Source: a bacterium (lineage in GTDB: Bacteria; Cyanobacteriota; Vampirovibrionia; Gastranaerophilales; JBAXKC01). Taken from it: a DNA stretch of 50,379 nt. The translations under genes and the position numbers were made by a program. This document shows, piece by piece, positions 1 through 11,799 of the stretch; the first letter of the stretch is position 1; the number at the start of each line of letters is the position of its first letter. The stretch is from positions 1 through 50,379 of the forward strand of contig JBAXKC010000021.1 in NCBI GenBank assembly GCA_037137535.1, written 5' to 3'. Below the pieces are notes generated by a model. That model was not told where the DNA came from, made no database searches, and saw nothing but the letters and a program-made list of their open reading frames with translations.

Positions 1-97
1 GGCAGGATTATTTGAACATTTATCATTCTGAAAAAGTCAATAATTATGCTGCTTTTTCTTGTGCTGCGTAACTCCTGTTGTTAAATATAAATAAATC

Positions 98-150
98 AAA
101 AAATAACCCTATTACTTAGGACGTTATAACTTGTCCGGTAATAGGGTTAT
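98..150. terminator. Intrinsic terminator downstream of rpoC2
   Basis: 13-bp inverted repeat ATAACCCTATTAC (103-115) / GTAATAGGGTTAT (138-150), U-tract on the minus strand. Confidence 0.75.
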
Positions 151-179
151 CTTATAGGATCTTAAGATTACTAAGAAAC

Positions 180-3100
180 TTATTCTACTGTGAAATCAGG
201 AGAACCAAACATTCCTTCAATCTCTTCAAGGATTGCAGAAGGTTTTCTTGCATTTCCACGAGCAAAGCCTCTAGCTTTTTCATCAGCCTTATCTTCATTG
301 GTATGTGTAAGGTGATAGAATCCAGTTCCGGCAGGAATTAATCTACCGATAATTACGTTCTCTTTAAGACCTCTTAGAAGATCTTTCTTACCTTCAACAG
401 CCGCTTCTGTTAAGACTCTGGTTGTTTCTTGGAAACTTGCCGCAGAGATGAAACTTTCGGTATTCAAACTAGCTTTTGTAATACCAAGAAGTACAGCACT
501 GTATTCACAAGGTTTTCCGCCTAAACTTTCCACAGCAGAGTTTTCTTGCTCTACTAAGTGTAATTCTAGCAATTCACCAGGTAAAAGCTTTGTATCACCA
601 GGCTCTTCAATTTTTACTTTTTTGGTCATCTGACGAACGATAACTTCAATATGCTTATCAGCAATATCAACACCTTGTGATCTATATACCCTTTGAACTT
701 CTTCAACTAAATATTGTTGAACAGGTTCATTACCACTTAATCTGATAACGTCATGCGGGTTAAGAGGTCCATCGGTAATAGGTTGCCCTTTTTCGATTCT
801 CTGCTTATCCATAACAATAATGTTAGCATCTAAAGGTATTTTTATTTCCTGACGACCGTAATCAGTCTGAATAAAGAGTTTTTCGTAATCTTCATCATTT
901 TCAAACTCTGCTATACCGCTTTCTTCAGCAAGAATTGCACATTCTTTAGGCTTTCTTCCTTCAAGAAGTTCTTCAACTCTCGGAAGACCCTGTACAATAT
1001 CCCCTGTTTTCTGACGTTCGAAAATAAGTGTAGCAAGTAAATCACCTCGTTGAACAAGAGCATTTCCATCAACTTGTAATTGAGTACCTTGACTTAAAAG
1101 ATAAGGTCTACCAGTTCTGACAGTAAGCTCTTTTCCATTAATTTCGACAACTTGACCAGATTTATCAGCAATTTCTCCACTTTCAGAGATAACTTGATCG
1201 ATTCTGATAAGTTCACCAACACTTACAACAGGATTTGTTTTAAGCGTAAACTTAACGTTAGAATCATCAGAAATAAGTAAAAGTCTTCTAACTTCAGCAT
1301 CAGGATCCTGATTAAGGGACACTTTACCGTCATTTTTCGCAAGAACCTGAATTTTAGAAACAGGAGTCTTAGGATCAATGAGTTGACCATGTTCTACAAG
1401 AAGTTCTGTTTGAACAGAAGCTTTACCTCTAGTTTGATCTTCAACTTCTCTTCTGACAATTAAGGTTTCAAGAACAACAATTTTAATATTTGTTGGATCT
1501 TGGCCTTCTTCACCCACAACTTCAACCATAGCTTTTAAATGGCTAAGGTATCCTTGCATGGAAAGAACCAAACTTGTTCTTGTTAATGAAGCACCATCAG
1601 CATTACGAACTCTTGAACCATCTCTATACTGCATTTGAGTAACAGGAGCCATATCAATTAGCTCACCTTCAGTTGAAGTAAATTTAATTGAAACTTCTTT
1701 AGGAGTAATTTCATACTCTTGAACAGGTCTTACAAGAATTTCAATTTTCACGTCACCTAATTCAATTTCTTCATCAGAGGATTCAAACACTTCTTCATCA
1801 TCAATTTCATCAAGTTGGAAATCATTAATAGCAGGAGCTGCTGATGTTAAAACAGTAACCATGCTTTTTTCTTTTGCAATAACGCCAGGAGCTATTTCAG
1901 TTCCTTCAGCCACAATTTCGCCATCTTCAACTTTTAATAAAGTAGCGCTATCAAGTTTATAAAGTTGGCCTGGTCTAACAATAACTTCATGGATAATGTC
2001 ATTAAATTCTTTAATCTCTACAAGACCGTCAATTCCGACTCTTACGTCCTTAACAACTTCTGTTCCTGCAGTAACATAAGAACCTGATTCAACCATTTTC
2101 AAAGTTAAATCTTTACTTACTTGATGAAGCTCTTCAGGAATAAAGTAAACTGTTCCAGGTGTAGTTACTATATGATTTTCATCAACTTCGATTCCAGCAT
2201 ATCTAACTTCACCACTTGATTCAACTTTATTCTCTTCATCAAGAAGTTCAGCTATAATCATACCGTTTTCTACAACAGTACCGACAGGTGATTTTAATAC
2301 ATAACTTTCACCAGTTTCATTTACTCTCCAGAGTTGCTCTCTTTTTGTATCTTCTAAAACTGCGTTTTCAGGAAGAAGAGATGCAATAACGATAGTAATT
2401 TCTTTACCATTAACAATCTTCTTAATTGATCTTCCTTCAACTTCAGCTTCTTCAATCTCAAGCTCAGCACCAAGTCTTACTTCACCACCATGCTCACTTA
2501 GAGTAGTTGTTTCAGCAAGAATTTTTCCTTTTTGAACAACTTGATCATCACCAACAAGAATTTTAGAACCACCCGGAAGCGGATATACATCACCTGCAAG
2601 AACCCATAGTTTTCCAGCACGGTTTGATGTTCTACTGATGTTTCCTTGTCTATCACGTTTTTCATCAACGCTAAATCCGTCAAAAAGGATTTTACCGCTT
2701 AAATCTGAAGTAATATCTTTTGTAGCTTTTTCAGTAAGACGACTAGCATCTCCTCTAGCAACACCAGGTTCAAATTCAGAAATAACATCACCCTTTTTAA
2801 CTTCTGAACCCATTTTAATGAATACAGTCGCACCTTGAGGAACGTTATATGAATGTGATGCACCCTTAGCATCCTTAATTTCAATTTTGCCTTCTTTAAC
2901 AGAAATATCAACCAAATCCCCATGACGAGTTCTAAAATCTCTGATTTGAGGAGTTTTAGTAACTACACCGTCAACTTGAGTCATCATTTTTTGAACATTT
3001 GAAGAACCTCTAAATACACCACCAGTGTGGAAGGTTCTCATGGTAAGCTGTGTTCCAGGTTCACCAATACTTTGAGCTGCGATGATACCGATAGCTTCAC

Positions 3101-4061
3101 CAATATCAACGATTTTATTACTTGTTAAAGCCCAACCGTAACATTTTTGGCAAATACCATATTCAAGCTCACATGTTAAAGGAGAACGAACTTTTACTTT
3201 GTTAACACCAAGTTCTGTTACCTTTGAAACAGCAGCCCTATCTAAAGTTTGATCTTTTTCAACAATTACATTACCTTCAGCATCAACAATCTCTTCGGCA
3301 ACAGTTCTTCCAAGAAGTCTGTCTCCAAGTGCAACCATAATTTTGTCGCCTTCTCTGATAGAGGTCATATCGATGCCTTTTGTAGTACATCCACAATCGT
3401 GGTCTCTGATAATAACATCTTGAGCAACGTCAACAAGTCTTCTTGTTAAGTAACCTGAATCCGCCGTTTTTAACGCTGTATCAACAAGACCTTTTCTTGC
3501 TCCGTAACTTGAAATAATATATTCTGTTACACTCAAACCTTCTCTGAAGTTAGCTTTGATCGGAAGGTCAATAATCTGACCTTGCGCATCTGCCATTAAG
3601 CCTCTCATACCAACTAACTGGGAAACCTGTGAAAGGTTACCTCTAGCACCGGAGAATGCCATCATGTAAACAGGATTTAATCTATCAAAGTTATCAACTA
3701 CAGCACTTGTAAGTACTTCAGTTGTTTCACTCCAAGTATCGATTACTTTTGTATAACGTTCTACTTCGGTGATTTCACCTTTAAGATATCTATGTGTAGC
3801 CTTATCAATTTCATCTTCAGCTTTTTTTAGTAACTCTTTTTTCATAGGAGGTACTTCTAAATCGGCAATGGAAATTGTGGTTCCAGCTTTAGTCGCATAC
3901 TTAAAGCCAAGATCTTTTAAAGTATTGGCTAAATATGAGGTTTTTGCTGAACCATATTCAAGGAACACTTGGGATAAAAGGTTATTTAAAGCCTTTTTAT
4001 CCATTATTTTATTCATATATTCTGAGCCCTTTTTGGCGCTCTTAGATTTAAAAATACTCAT
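180..4061 (-). CDS. rpoC2: RNA polymerase beta' C-terminal subunit (RpoC2, cyanobacterial type) with large SI3 insertion
   Basis: GARKGLVDTALKTADSGYLTRRLVDVAQ bridge helix, QSIGEPGTQLTMRTFHTGG, GLPRVEELLE, SFISAASFQETT; could start at Met16. Confidence 0.97.
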   Translation of the reverse strand: MSIFKSKSAKKGSEYMNKIMDKKALNNLLSQVFLEYGSAKTSYLANTLKDLGFKYATKAGTTISIADLEVPPMKKELLKKAEDEIDKATHRYLKGEITEVERYTKVIDTWSETTEVLTSAVVDNFDRLNPVYMMAFSGARGNLSQVSQLVGMRGLMADAQGQIIDLPIKANFREGLSVTEYIISSYGARKGLVDTALKTADSGYLTRRLVDVAQDVIIRDHDCGCTTKGIDMTSIREGDKIMVALGDRLLGRTVAEEIVDAEGNVIVEKDQTLDRAAVSKVTELGVNKVKVRSPLTCELEYGICQKCYGWALTSNKIVDIGEAIGIIAAQSIGEPGTQLTMRTFHTGGVFRGSSNVQKMMTQVDGVVTKTPQIRDFRTRHGDLVDISVKEGKIEIKDAKGASHSYNVPQGATVFIKMGSEVKKGDVISEFEPGVARGDASRLTEKATKDITSDLSGKILFDGFSVDEKRDRQGNISRTSNRAGKLWVLAGDVYPLPGGSKILVGDDQVVQKGKILAETTTLSEHGGEVRLGAELEIEEAEVEGRSIKKIVNGKEITIVIASLLPENAVLEDTKREQLWRVNETGESYVLKSPVGTVVENGMIIAELLDEENKVESSGEVRYAGIEVDENHIVTTPGTVYFIPEELHQVSKDLTLKMVESGSYVTAGTEVVKDVRVGIDGLVEIKEFNDIIHEVIVRPGQLYKLDSATLLKVEDGEIVAEGTEIAPGVIAKEKSMVTVLTSAAPAINDFQLDEIDDEEVFESSDEEIELGDVKIEILVRPVQEYEITPKEVSIKFTSTEGELIDMAPVTQMQYRDGSRVRNADGASLTRTSLVLSMQGYLSHLKAMVEVVGEEGQDPTNIKIVVLETLIVRREVEDQTRGKASVQTELLVEHGQLIDPKTPVSKIQVLAKNDGKVSLNQDPDAEVRRLLLISDDSNVKFTLKTNPVVSVGELIRIDQVISESGEIADKSGQVVEINGKELTVRTGRPYLLSQGTQLQVDGNALVQRGDLLATLIFERQKTGDIVQGLPRVEELLEGRKPKECAILAEESGIAEFENDEDYEKLFIQTDYGRQEIKIPLDANIIVMDKQRIEKGQPITDGPLNPHDVIRLSGNEPVQQYLVEEVQRVYRSQGVDIADKHIEVIVRQMTKKVKIEEPGDTKLLPGELLELHLVEQENSAVESLGGKPCEYSAVLLGITKASLNTESFISAASFQETTRVLTEAAVEGKKDLLRGLKENVIIGRLIPAGTGFYHLTHTNEDKADEKARGFARGNARKPSAILEEIEGMFGSPDFTVE

Positions 4062-4097
4062 ATTGGAAAAGTACCTCTTATTAAGACGATTTATCGG

Positions 4098-5813
4098 TTA
4101 TGAACACGACATCGCATTTCCTACAGCTTCATTAAAAATTATTCTGCCAGGTGTTGTGATTAATTTCTCTCCACCTTCAACCCTTACAGCTATCTTCGAG
4201 TGAAGTTTTAAAACTCCTGCTGCTAATGCTGCGAGAACATCATCAAAGTTTACAAAGTAACCTTCAATGTCATTATTTTCTCTAGGATTAATAGTTAAGT
4301 AATATAATCCTAATACCATATCCTGAGAAGGAGTGATACATGGTTTTCCTGTAGCAGGAAGCAGAATATTATTTGAGGCAAGCATTAACATTCTTGCTTC
4401 AGTTTGAGCTTCAATTGACAGAGGTACGTGAACCGCCATCTGGTCACCATCAAAGTCAGCGTTAAACGCTGTACAAACTAACGGATGTAATTGAATAGCT
4501 CTTCCTTCAACCAGAACAGGTTCAAATGCTTGAATACCGAGTCTGTGAAGAGTTGGAGCACGGTTTAACATAACAGGATGTCCATCAATAACTTCTTCAA
4601 GAATATCCCATACTACGTTTTCCGCACGCTCAATTTTCTTTTTAGCAGACTTAATATTTTGAACGATTCCTCTTTCAATGAGCTTGTTTACAACGAATGG
4701 CTTAAATAATTCAATAGCCATTTCTTTTGGCAAGCCGCATTGATGTAATTTAAGCTGTGGTCCAACAACGATAACACTTCTTCCTGAGTAATCTACCCTT
4801 TTACCGAGAAGGTTCTGTCTGAAACGCCCCTGTTTACCTTCAATAATATTACTTAATGATTTTAAAGGTCTGTTATTAGGGCCAATTACTGTTCTTCCAC
4901 GTCTACCGTTATCAATAAGAGCATCAACAGCTTCTTGAAGCATTCTCTTTTCGTTTCTAACAATAATTTCAGGAGCTCCCATCTCTAAAAGTCTTTGTAG
5001 ACGATTATTTCTGTTAATAACTCTTCTGTAAAGATCGTTAAGATCGGAGGTTGCGAATCTTCCGCCGTCTAACTGAACCATAGGTCTTAAATCAGGCGGT
5101 GTTACAGGTAATACATCTAAGATCATACAAGTAGGATCAGTATTACTTGCCATTAACGCTTCAATAAGTCTAAGTCTTTTGATATACTTTGCTTTCTTTT
5201 GTACAGAACCACCAGCATGCTCTAATTCAGCCCTGATTTCTTCTGCAAAATCTTGCATATTAATTTCTGAAAGAAGTTGTTTAACTGCTTCAGCACCGAT
5301 ACCAACTTCTAAAGTTGTCTCTTCATTTGCTAAAACATAGTTTTCATAATCTTCTTCAGATAATAATTGGAATTTTTTATATTCAGTATCACCAGGATCA
5401 ACAACTATATAGTTATTGAAATAAATGACCTGTTCTAAGTCTCTTAAAGACATATCAAGCAATAAACCAAGATAACTTGGAATACCTTTAAGGAACCAGA
5501 TGTGAGAAACAGGAGCTGCTAATTTAATATGCCCCATTCTGTGACGTCTAACTTTACTATCAGTAACTTCAACGCCGCAACGCTCACAAATAATACCTTT
5601 ATGTCTTACTCTTTTATATTTTCCACAATAACATTCCCAGTCTTTAGACGGACCAAATGTTCTTTCACAGAACAATCCGTCTCTTTCCGGCTTTAATGTT
5701 CTATAGTTAATAGTCTCAGGTTTTGTAACTTCGCCATAGGACCATTTTAAAATCCTTTCCGGTGAAGCAATCCCGATACGTATATAATCAAAATAATCGA
5801 TACTAGTAGACAA
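4098..5813 (-). CDS. rpoC1: RNA polymerase gamma subunit (RpoC1), TTG start
   Basis: N-terminal Zn finger, catalytic NADFDGDQM; ends at the cyanobacterial split point. Confidence 0.97.
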   Translation of the reverse strand: MSTSIDYFDYIRIGIASPERILKWSYGEVTKPETINYRTLKPERDGLFCERTFGPSKDWECYCGKYKRVRHKGIICERCGVEVTDSKVRRHRMGHIKLAAPVSHIWFLKGIPSYLGLLLDMSLRDLEQVIYFNNYIVVDPGDTEYKKFQLLSEEDYENYVLANEETTLEVGIGAEAVKQLLSEINMQDFAEEIRAELEHAGGSVQKKAKYIKRLRLIEALMASNTDPTCMILDVLPVTPPDLRPMVQLDGGRFATSDLNDLYRRVINRNNRLQRLLEMGAPEIIVRNEKRMLQEAVDALIDNGRRGRTVIGPNNRPLKSLSNIIEGKQGRFRQNLLGKRVDYSGRSVIVVGPQLKLHQCGLPKEMAIELFKPFVVNKLIERGIVQNIKSAKKKIERAENVVWDILEEVIDGHPVMLNRAPTLHRLGIQAFEPVLVEGRAIQLHPLVCTAFNADFDGDQMAVHVPLSIEAQTEARMLMLASNNILLPATGKPCITPSQDMVLGLYYLTINPRENNDIEGYFVNFDDVLAALAAGVLKLHSKIAVRVEGGEKLITTPGRIIFNEAVGNAMSCS

Positions 5814-5866
5814 TGTCCTTCTCCCTTATAGTTAGTAGGAACAAATTATATAAACAATTGAACTGA

Positions 5867-8800
5867 TTAGTCAGTAAATGCACCAGGTGACTCAAAGAAA
5901 TTAATGTTTAAAAGCTCTGAATCAAGGTCGCTAATAGTTCTTTTTGGAGCAGCTTTTCTCATATCTTCTGAATCGCTCATAAGATCAACTTCAGCTCCAC
6001 CTTTTTTAGCAACAGTAATATCAAGACCGATACTTTGAAGCTCACGAACCAATACTTTAAAGGACTCAGGGATACCCGGTCTTTGTAAGTTTTCGCCTTT
6101 TACAATAGCTTCATAAGCTCTACTTCTTCCATTAACATCATCGGATTTGATGGTTAGCATTTCTTGTAGGGTATAAGCAGCACCGTATGCTTCTAACGCC
6201 CAAACTTCCATCTCTCCGAAACGCTGTCCACCGAATTGTGCTTTACCACCGAGAGGTTGTTGAGTTACAAGACTGTAAGGTCCAGTACTTCTAGCGTGAA
6301 TCTTGTCATCAACTAAGTGAACAAGTTTCATAAGATACATTACACCAACAGAAACGTGCTGATCGAACGGATCGCCGGTTCTACCGTCATAAAGCGTAAC
6401 TTTTCCACTATCACGAACCCAATCAATTCCAGCAGCATTTACACCTTCTAAAAGTTCGCCGGTAGTCGCTAATCTTGAAGCTTCTTCACCGAACATTTCA
6501 TCAAACGGAGGTACTTCATAGTATCTGCCATTTAAGTAAGATGCTAAACCAAGTAATGTTTCATAAGTTTGACCTACGTTCATACGACTCGGTACGCCAA
6601 GTGGGTTGAGAACAACGTCTACAGGTGTGCCATCCGGAAGGAACGGCATATCTTCTTTTGGTAATATTTTAGAAATAATACCTTTATTTCCGTGTCTTCC
6701 AGCGATTTTATCGCCGACACTAATTTTACGTTTTTGAGCAATATAAACTCTAATTACAGTATTTGCACCAGGTGGAAGCTCATCGCCTTTTTCTCTGTCA
6801 AATACTTTAACGTCAACAACTCTACCGCCTTCACCGTGAGGAACTCGTAAACTGTTATCTCTTACGTCTCTTGCTTTTTCAGCAAAGATAGCGCGTAAAA
6901 GTTTTTCTTCAGGAGGATGCTCCGATTCACCTTTTGGAGTTACTTTACCAACAAGAATGTCATCAGCATATACTCTTGCACCAATTCTTACGATACCTCT
7001 TTCATCAAGGTGTCTTAAGCTGTCTTCGCTAACGTTAGGAACTTCACGAGTAATCTCTTCCGGACCTAACTTGGTAGTTCTTGCGTCTATTTCAAGTTTT
7101 TCAATGTGAATACTTGTAAATACATCGTCATGAACCAATCTATCACTGATTAACACAGCATCCTCGAAGTTATAACCTTCCCATGGCATAAATGCTACAA
7201 GAATGTTTCTTCCTAATGCTAATTCACCATATTCTGTAGCAGCTCCATCAGCTAAAGGATCATTGATCTCTAACTTTTGACCGGCTTTAACAATGGGTCT
7301 TTGATTAATACAAGTATCTTGGTTACTTCTAACGTATTTCATTAAAGGATATTTATGTAATTTACCTGCATTGTCTCTTACTTGAACTTCGTCACCAGTA
7401 ACTTTATGAACAACACCTGCATGCTGAGTAAGAACAACCATACCTGAATCTCTAGCGGCTCTTTTTTCAAGTCCTGTACCAACAACAGGTCTATGCGCTC
7501 TTAAAAGAGGAACAGCCTGACGTTGCATGTTTGAACCCATTAACGCTCTGTTAGCATCATCGTGCTCAATGAAAGGAATAAGAGCTGTAGCAACAGAGAT
7601 AATCTGAATAGGTGAAACCCCGACATAATCAACTCGGAAAGATTCGCCCATAGCAAATTGACTTCTGTAACGAACAGGTACGTACTCGTTATATATAGAT
7701 TTATCAGGATTTAATCTTAAATCCCCTGGAGCTATACGGAAATTATCTTCTTCATCTGCACTTAAATGGTTGATTTCATCAGTTACAACACCATCTTTTA
7801 CAACGAAATAAGGTGTTTCGATGAATCCATATTCATTTACACGTCCGAATGTACTTAAACTACCGATAAGACCAGCGTTTGGACCTTCAGGAGTTTCTAC
7901 CGGACATATTCTTCCGTAATGACTCGGGTGAATATCCCTTACAGCAAATCCTGCACGTTCTCTAGCCAAACCACCCGGCCCTAATGCTGAAAGTCTTCTT
8001 TTATGTGTTAATTCAGCAAGAGGGTTCGTCTGATCCATAAACTGCGATAACTGTGATGAACCAAAAAATTCTTTAATTGCAGCAATTAATGGTTTTGTAT
8101 TTAAAAGGTTAATAGGAGTGAGTGTTTCAGCATCTTGAAGAGTCATTCTCTCTTTAACAATTCTTTCAAGTCTTGTTAAACCTATTCTGAACTGATTCTG
8201 AAGCAATTCGCCTACTGACCTGATACGTCTATTACCTAAGTGGTCGATGTCATCAATTGAACCTTCATCGTATGTTAAGTTAACAAGATATTCAATTGCA
8301 GCAACGATATCTTGAACGGTTAAGACTCTTGTAGTTTCAGCTATGTTTAAGCCAAGCTTTTTATTAAGCTTGTATCTACCAACTTTGCCGATATCATATC
8401 TCTTCTCGTCAAAGAATCTGCTTTCTATTAGAGAACGACCACCGCCTGCACTTGCAGGGTCACCTGGTCTTAATTTCTTATATACTTCAATTAAAGCTTC
8501 ATCAGTATTTTTAGTAGTATCTTTATCTAATGTTTTCTTTAAAAATTCACTATGTGTGAAAATAGTGTCTATATCATTCATATTAATGCCAAGAGCCTTT
8601 AAAAAGGTCGTAGCAGGAATTTTTCTATTTTTATCAATTTTTACGTATATAACATCGTTAACATCAATTTCAATTTTTAACCATGCCCCTCTGTTTGGAA
8701 TAAGAGTTGCATTGAACACACGCTTTCCGGTTGGAGCAATTTCTCTTTTGAAATAAATACCGGGAGATCTTACAATCTGACTGACGATTACCCTTTCAGC

Positions 8801-9178
8801 ACCATTAATAATAAAGGTACCTCTCTCGGTCATCATCGGGATATCACCGACATAAACTTCTTGCTCTTTGATTTCACCGGTGTCTCTGTTAACCAGTCTC
8901 ATCATTATGCGAAGCTGTTTAGTGAAACTCGCATCATGAAGCCTTGCCTCTTCTTCTAAATATTTAGGGTTATCGAATGTATAATTCGGCAAAAAGTGGA
9001 GTTCGAGTCTACCTGTATAATCTTTTATAGGAGAAAACGAAAGAAGCTCTTCTTTTAGCCCTTCTTTCAAAAACCACTCAAAAGATTTTTTCTGAATTTC
9101 TGTCAAATCAGGCAGCAAATCCAGACGAGAAACAGTCATCCCCGCCGGAGTTACACGTTCAACATATGTTTTAGACAT
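5867..9178 (-). CDS. rpoB: RNA polymerase beta subunit
   Basis: [45 protein letters not shown] at 9178 preceded by GAGG. Confidence 0.98.
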   Translation of the reverse strand: MSKTYVERVTPAGMTVSRLDLLPDLTEIQKKSFEWFLKEGLKEELLSFSPIKDYTGRLELHFLPNYTFDNPKYLEEEARLHDASFTKQLRIMMRLVNRDTGEIKEQEVYVGDIPMMTERGTFIINGAERVIVSQIVRSPGIYFKREIAPTGKRVFNATLIPNRGAWLKIEIDVNDVIYVKIDKNRKIPATTFLKALGINMNDIDTIFTHSEFLKKTLDKDTTKNTDEALIEVYKKLRPGDPASAGGGRSLIESRFFDEKRYDIGKVGRYKLNKKLGLNIAETTRVLTVQDIVAAIEYLVNLTYDEGSIDDIDHLGNRRIRSVGELLQNQFRIGLTRLERIVKERMTLQDAETLTPINLLNTKPLIAAIKEFFGSSQLSQFMDQTNPLAELTHKRRLSALGPGGLARERAGFAVRDIHPSHYGRICPVETPEGPNAGLIGSLSTFGRVNEYGFIETPYFVVKDGVVTDEINHLSADEEDNFRIAPGDLRLNPDKSIYNEYVPVRYRSQFAMGESFRVDYVGVSPIQIISVATALIPFIEHDDANRALMGSNMQRQAVPLLRAHRPVVGTGLEKRAARDSGMVVLTQHAGVVHKVTGDEVQVRDNAGKLHKYPLMKYVRSNQDTCINQRPIVKAGQKLEINDPLADGAATEYGELALGRNILVAFMPWEGYNFEDAVLISDRLVHDDVFTSIHIEKLEIDARTTKLGPEEITREVPNVSEDSLRHLDERGIVRIGARVYADDILVGKVTPKGESEHPPEEKLLRAIFAEKARDVRDNSLRVPHGEGGRVVDVKVFDREKGDELPPGANTVIRVYIAQKRKISVGDKIAGRHGNKGIISKILPKEDMPFLPDGTPVDVVLNPLGVPSRMNVGQTYETLLGLASYLNGRYYEVPPFDEMFGEEASRLATTGELLEGVNAAGIDWVRDSGKVTLYDGRTGDPFDQHVSVGVMYLMKLVHLVDDKIHARSTGPYSLVTQQPLGGKAQFGGQRFGEMEVWALEAYGAAYTLQEMLTIKSDDVNGRSRAYEAIVKGENLQRPGIPESFKVLVRELQSIGLDITVAKKGGAEVDLMSDSEDMRKAAPKRTISDLDSELLNINFFESPGAFTD

Positions 9179-9247
9179 TATCAACCTCGCCTAGTGTGGT
9201 GCACTTATAGTAATTATAGATATTTCCATAGTATAGCAAAAAAGTTT

Positions 9248-9288
9248 TTAGTCAAGGCAAGTGGAATTGCACCACTTGCCTTAACTAA
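9248..9288 (-). terminator. Hairpin terminator/attenuator between rplL and rpoB
   Basis: TTAGTCAAGGCAAGTGG / CCACTTGCCTTAACTAA inverted repeat (one G-U pair), U-run a few nt downstream on the minus strand. Confidence 0.6.
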
Positions 9289-9380
9289 ATTTCTTGCATT
9301 CAAAAAAATTATTCAATTATAGAGTAACATATTTTGAAATTTTAGTGTAATGTTCTCAAGCAATTTCTCTTAGAGATGAA

Positions 9381-9752
9381 TTACTTAACAGAAACAGTTG
9401 CACCAGCTTCTTCAAGCTTTTTCTTAATTTCAGCAGCTTCTTCTTTTTTAAGACCTTCTTTAACTGCTTTAGGAGCGTTATCTACTAAATCTTTAGCTTC
9501 TTTTAAGCCAAGACCTGTAAGAGCTCTAACTTCTTTTAATACGTTAATTTTGTTAGCGCCAGCGCTTTCAAGGATTACGCTTACAGCAACTTCTTCAGCT
9601 TCTTCAGCAGGTCCAGCAGCAGCAACTGCAGCAACTGCAACAGGAGCAGCAGCAGAAACTCCGAATTTTTCTTCCATAGCTTTTACTAATTCAGCAGCTT
9701 CTAAAAGTGTTAATGCTTCTATTTTTGATAAAATTTCTTCAACTACGCTCAT
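9381..9752 (-). CDS. rplL: 50S ribosomal protein L7/L12
   Basis: [11 protein letters not shown] hinge, [11 protein letters not shown]. Confidence 0.98.
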   Translation of the reverse strand: MSVVEEILSKIEALTLLEAAELVKAMEEKFGVSAAAPVAVAAVAAAGPAEEAEEVAVSVILESAGANKINVLKEVRALTGLGLKEAKDLVDNAPKAVKEGLKKEEAAEIKKKLEEAGATVSVK

Positions 9753-9811
9753 TTATTTGTCTCCTTTTGTCTTTAATTTCAATAATAACATTTGACTATA
9801 TTTAAATCAGC

Positions 9812-10333
9812 TTACGCTTCTTTTTGTTTTCTAACTTCATCCACAGCTCTTGTTAAAGCGCTCATTACGCCGCTAACACACATAACGATGCCTGTAGCAG
9901 GTGAATTGATAGATCCGAGCATTTTCGAGTAAAGCTCTTCTCTGCTTGGGATTGTAGCAAGATTAGCTACGTCTTTAGCGTTTAAAAGGTTACCGTCAAG
10001 AACTCCGCCGATAATTTGTCCTTTTTTAGCTTTTTTAATATATTGAGTAAGAACTTTAGCAGGAGCTACTTGATCTTTAAAACCAAATGCAACTGCAACA
10101 GGTCCTTTTAAAATCTCAGCTAAAGGCTCATAAGGTGTCCCTTGAACAGCTATTTTAGCTAAAGTATTTTTTACTACAGTGTATTCAGCACCGTCTTTTT
10201 GAAGTTCTCTTCTTAAAGCAGTGATTTCAGCAACTGTATATCCTCTAAAATCAGTAACGATTGCAACTTTTGCATTTGCTACCGCTTCTTTAATTTCTTC
10301 GAGTTTTTCATTCTTAAAAGCTTTTGTTGCCAT
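9812..10333 (-). CDS. rplJ: 50S ribosomal protein L10
   Basis: DFRGYTVAEITALR, VVKNTLAKIA; precedes rplL. Confidence 0.97.
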   Translation of the reverse strand: MATKAFKNEKLEEIKEAVANAKVAIVTDFRGYTVAEITALRRELQKDGAEYTVVKNTLAKIAVQGTPYEPLAEILKGPVAVAFGFKDQVAPAKVLTQYIKKAKKGQIIGGVLDGNLLNAKDVANLATIPSREELYSKMLGSINSPATGIVMCVSGVMSALTRAVDEVRKQKEA

Positions 10334-10361
10334 TTTGTTGTCCTCCTTTCTTCATAAAATC

Positions 10362-10390
10362 AAAAAAAATTCTGCACAACCGCAGAATTT
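10362..10390 (-). terminator. Attenuator terminator in the rplJ leader
   Basis: Minus strand AATTCTGCGGTTGTGCAGAATTTTTTTT, about 30 nt before the rplJ start. Confidence 0.8.
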
Positions 10391-10505
10391 AATTCCTTTA
10401 TAAAGAAATTGATTTAATCACGTTTATAAAAACTTGGTATCAATTCCCTCGGTCGGTTAGCTTACGCTGATTAAAACTTTAAAAGTTGCCGACTGTCTGC
10501 GGTTA
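10362..10505 (-). ncRNA. L10 leader cis-regulatory RNA
   Basis: Minus strand CCGCAGACAGTCGG...TTAA...CCGACCGAGG fits the L10-leader core; directly 5' of rplJ. Confidence 0.85.
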
Positions 10506-10623
10506 AACATGATTAAAGCTAAAACATGATATAAATGCAAATGTTTTTTACTTAAAACTTAAAATCTGTTTAATAAAGTTACTAAACTTGTCCATTAATC
10601 AGAAATAAAGATTCAAGCATTAT

Positions 10624-10657
10624 AAAAAAAAGAAGGCTTTAATATCAAAACCTTCTT
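10624..10657 (-). terminator. Intrinsic terminator of secA-prfB
   Basis: Minus strand AAGAAGGTTTTGATATTAAAGCCTTCTTTTTTTT. Confidence 0.75.
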
Positions 10658-10675
10658 AAATCAAAATAATTATTA

Positions 10676-11789
10676 TTAACAATCAACAGAATTCAGCTGA
10701 AACCTCAAATAAGCTTCAACAAATCCTTCTAAATTTCCATCCATTACACCTTGAACGTTTGAGGTTTCATAACCTGTTCTATGGTCTTTAACCATGCTGT
10801 AAGGATGAAAAACATAAGAGCGAATTTGACTGCCAAAATTAACGTCCATAGCTGGGCCTTTTAATTCATTAATTTTAGATTCATGCTCGACTTGTTTTAA
10901 TAAAAGAAGTTTTGATGCTAATAATTCCATTGCCAAAGCTCTATTTTGAAGTTGAGAACGCTGTTGTTGACACTTAACAACAATACCTGACGGCTTATGA
11001 ACAATTCTTACGGCTGTTTCAACTTTATTTACGTTTTGACCGCCTGCCCCGCCTGCTCTCATTGTTTCAACTTCAATATCATCAGCAGGAATATCTATTT
11101 TTTTATCCATATCAGCAACAACAGGGCTAACTTCAAGGGAGGCAAAACTTGTCTGACGCTTGCCATTAGCATTAAAAGGAGAAATCCTTACTAGTCTGTG
11201 AACACCTTTTTCTGCCTTTGAATAACCATAAGCATATTTACCTGTGATTTTAATAGAAGCACTTTTAATTCCAGCTTCTTCGCCGTCAGAAATATCCATA
11301 AGTTCTACTTTCCAACCATTTGATTCAGCCCAGCGAGTATACATACGAAGGAGTATTTGCGCCCAATCCTGTGCATCCGTTCCGCCTGCACCTGCAATTA
11401 CGGTCAAAATAGCATCAGAAGAATCATACTCACCACCGAGCATTTTTTGAAGTTCCCATTGATCAAGCTCATGAGTAAGTTTTTTTATATTTTGAGAAAT
11501 TTCCTTATAAATATCGGAATTATTTTCTTCTTCTGATAATTCAAGAAAAACTTCAACATCATCCGCAAGAGAATTCCATCCGTTAAATTGCTCGATAATG
11601 TCTTTTTTTTCACTTAGTTTTTGAGATATAGCTTGAGCTTCTGACGGATTATTCCATATATCGGGATTCTGCAAGTCCTTATCTAAGGAGTTAATTTCCT
11701 GTTGCAAAGCTGATACGTCAAAGACAGCCCCTTACTTTTTCAAGTCTGGTTCTTATCTCTTCTAGCTGTTTTTGAAATTCCTGCAACAT
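10676..11789 (-). CDS. prfB: Peptide chain release factor 2 with programmed +1 frameshift (about 370 aa)
   Basis: SPF and GGQ motifs; 23-codon ORF from ATG 11789 ends AGG GGC TGT CTT TGA C; the +1 frame continues DVSALQQE. Confidence 0.97.
11717..11732 (-). promoter_or_regulatory. prfB +1 frameshift cassette
   Basis: Internal SD AGGGGC, 3 nt, then CTT TGA C. Confidence 0.95.
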
Positions 11790-11799
11790 TGATTATTCC

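Noticed and set aside
1-71. Plus-strand frame open from the window edge to TAA at 69-71, possibly the 3' end of a convergent gene
   Set aside because: Only 22 codons visible; cannot be supported or identified
10676-11789. prfB as a truncated gene or pseudogene
   Set aside because: Explained by the canonical programmed frameshift
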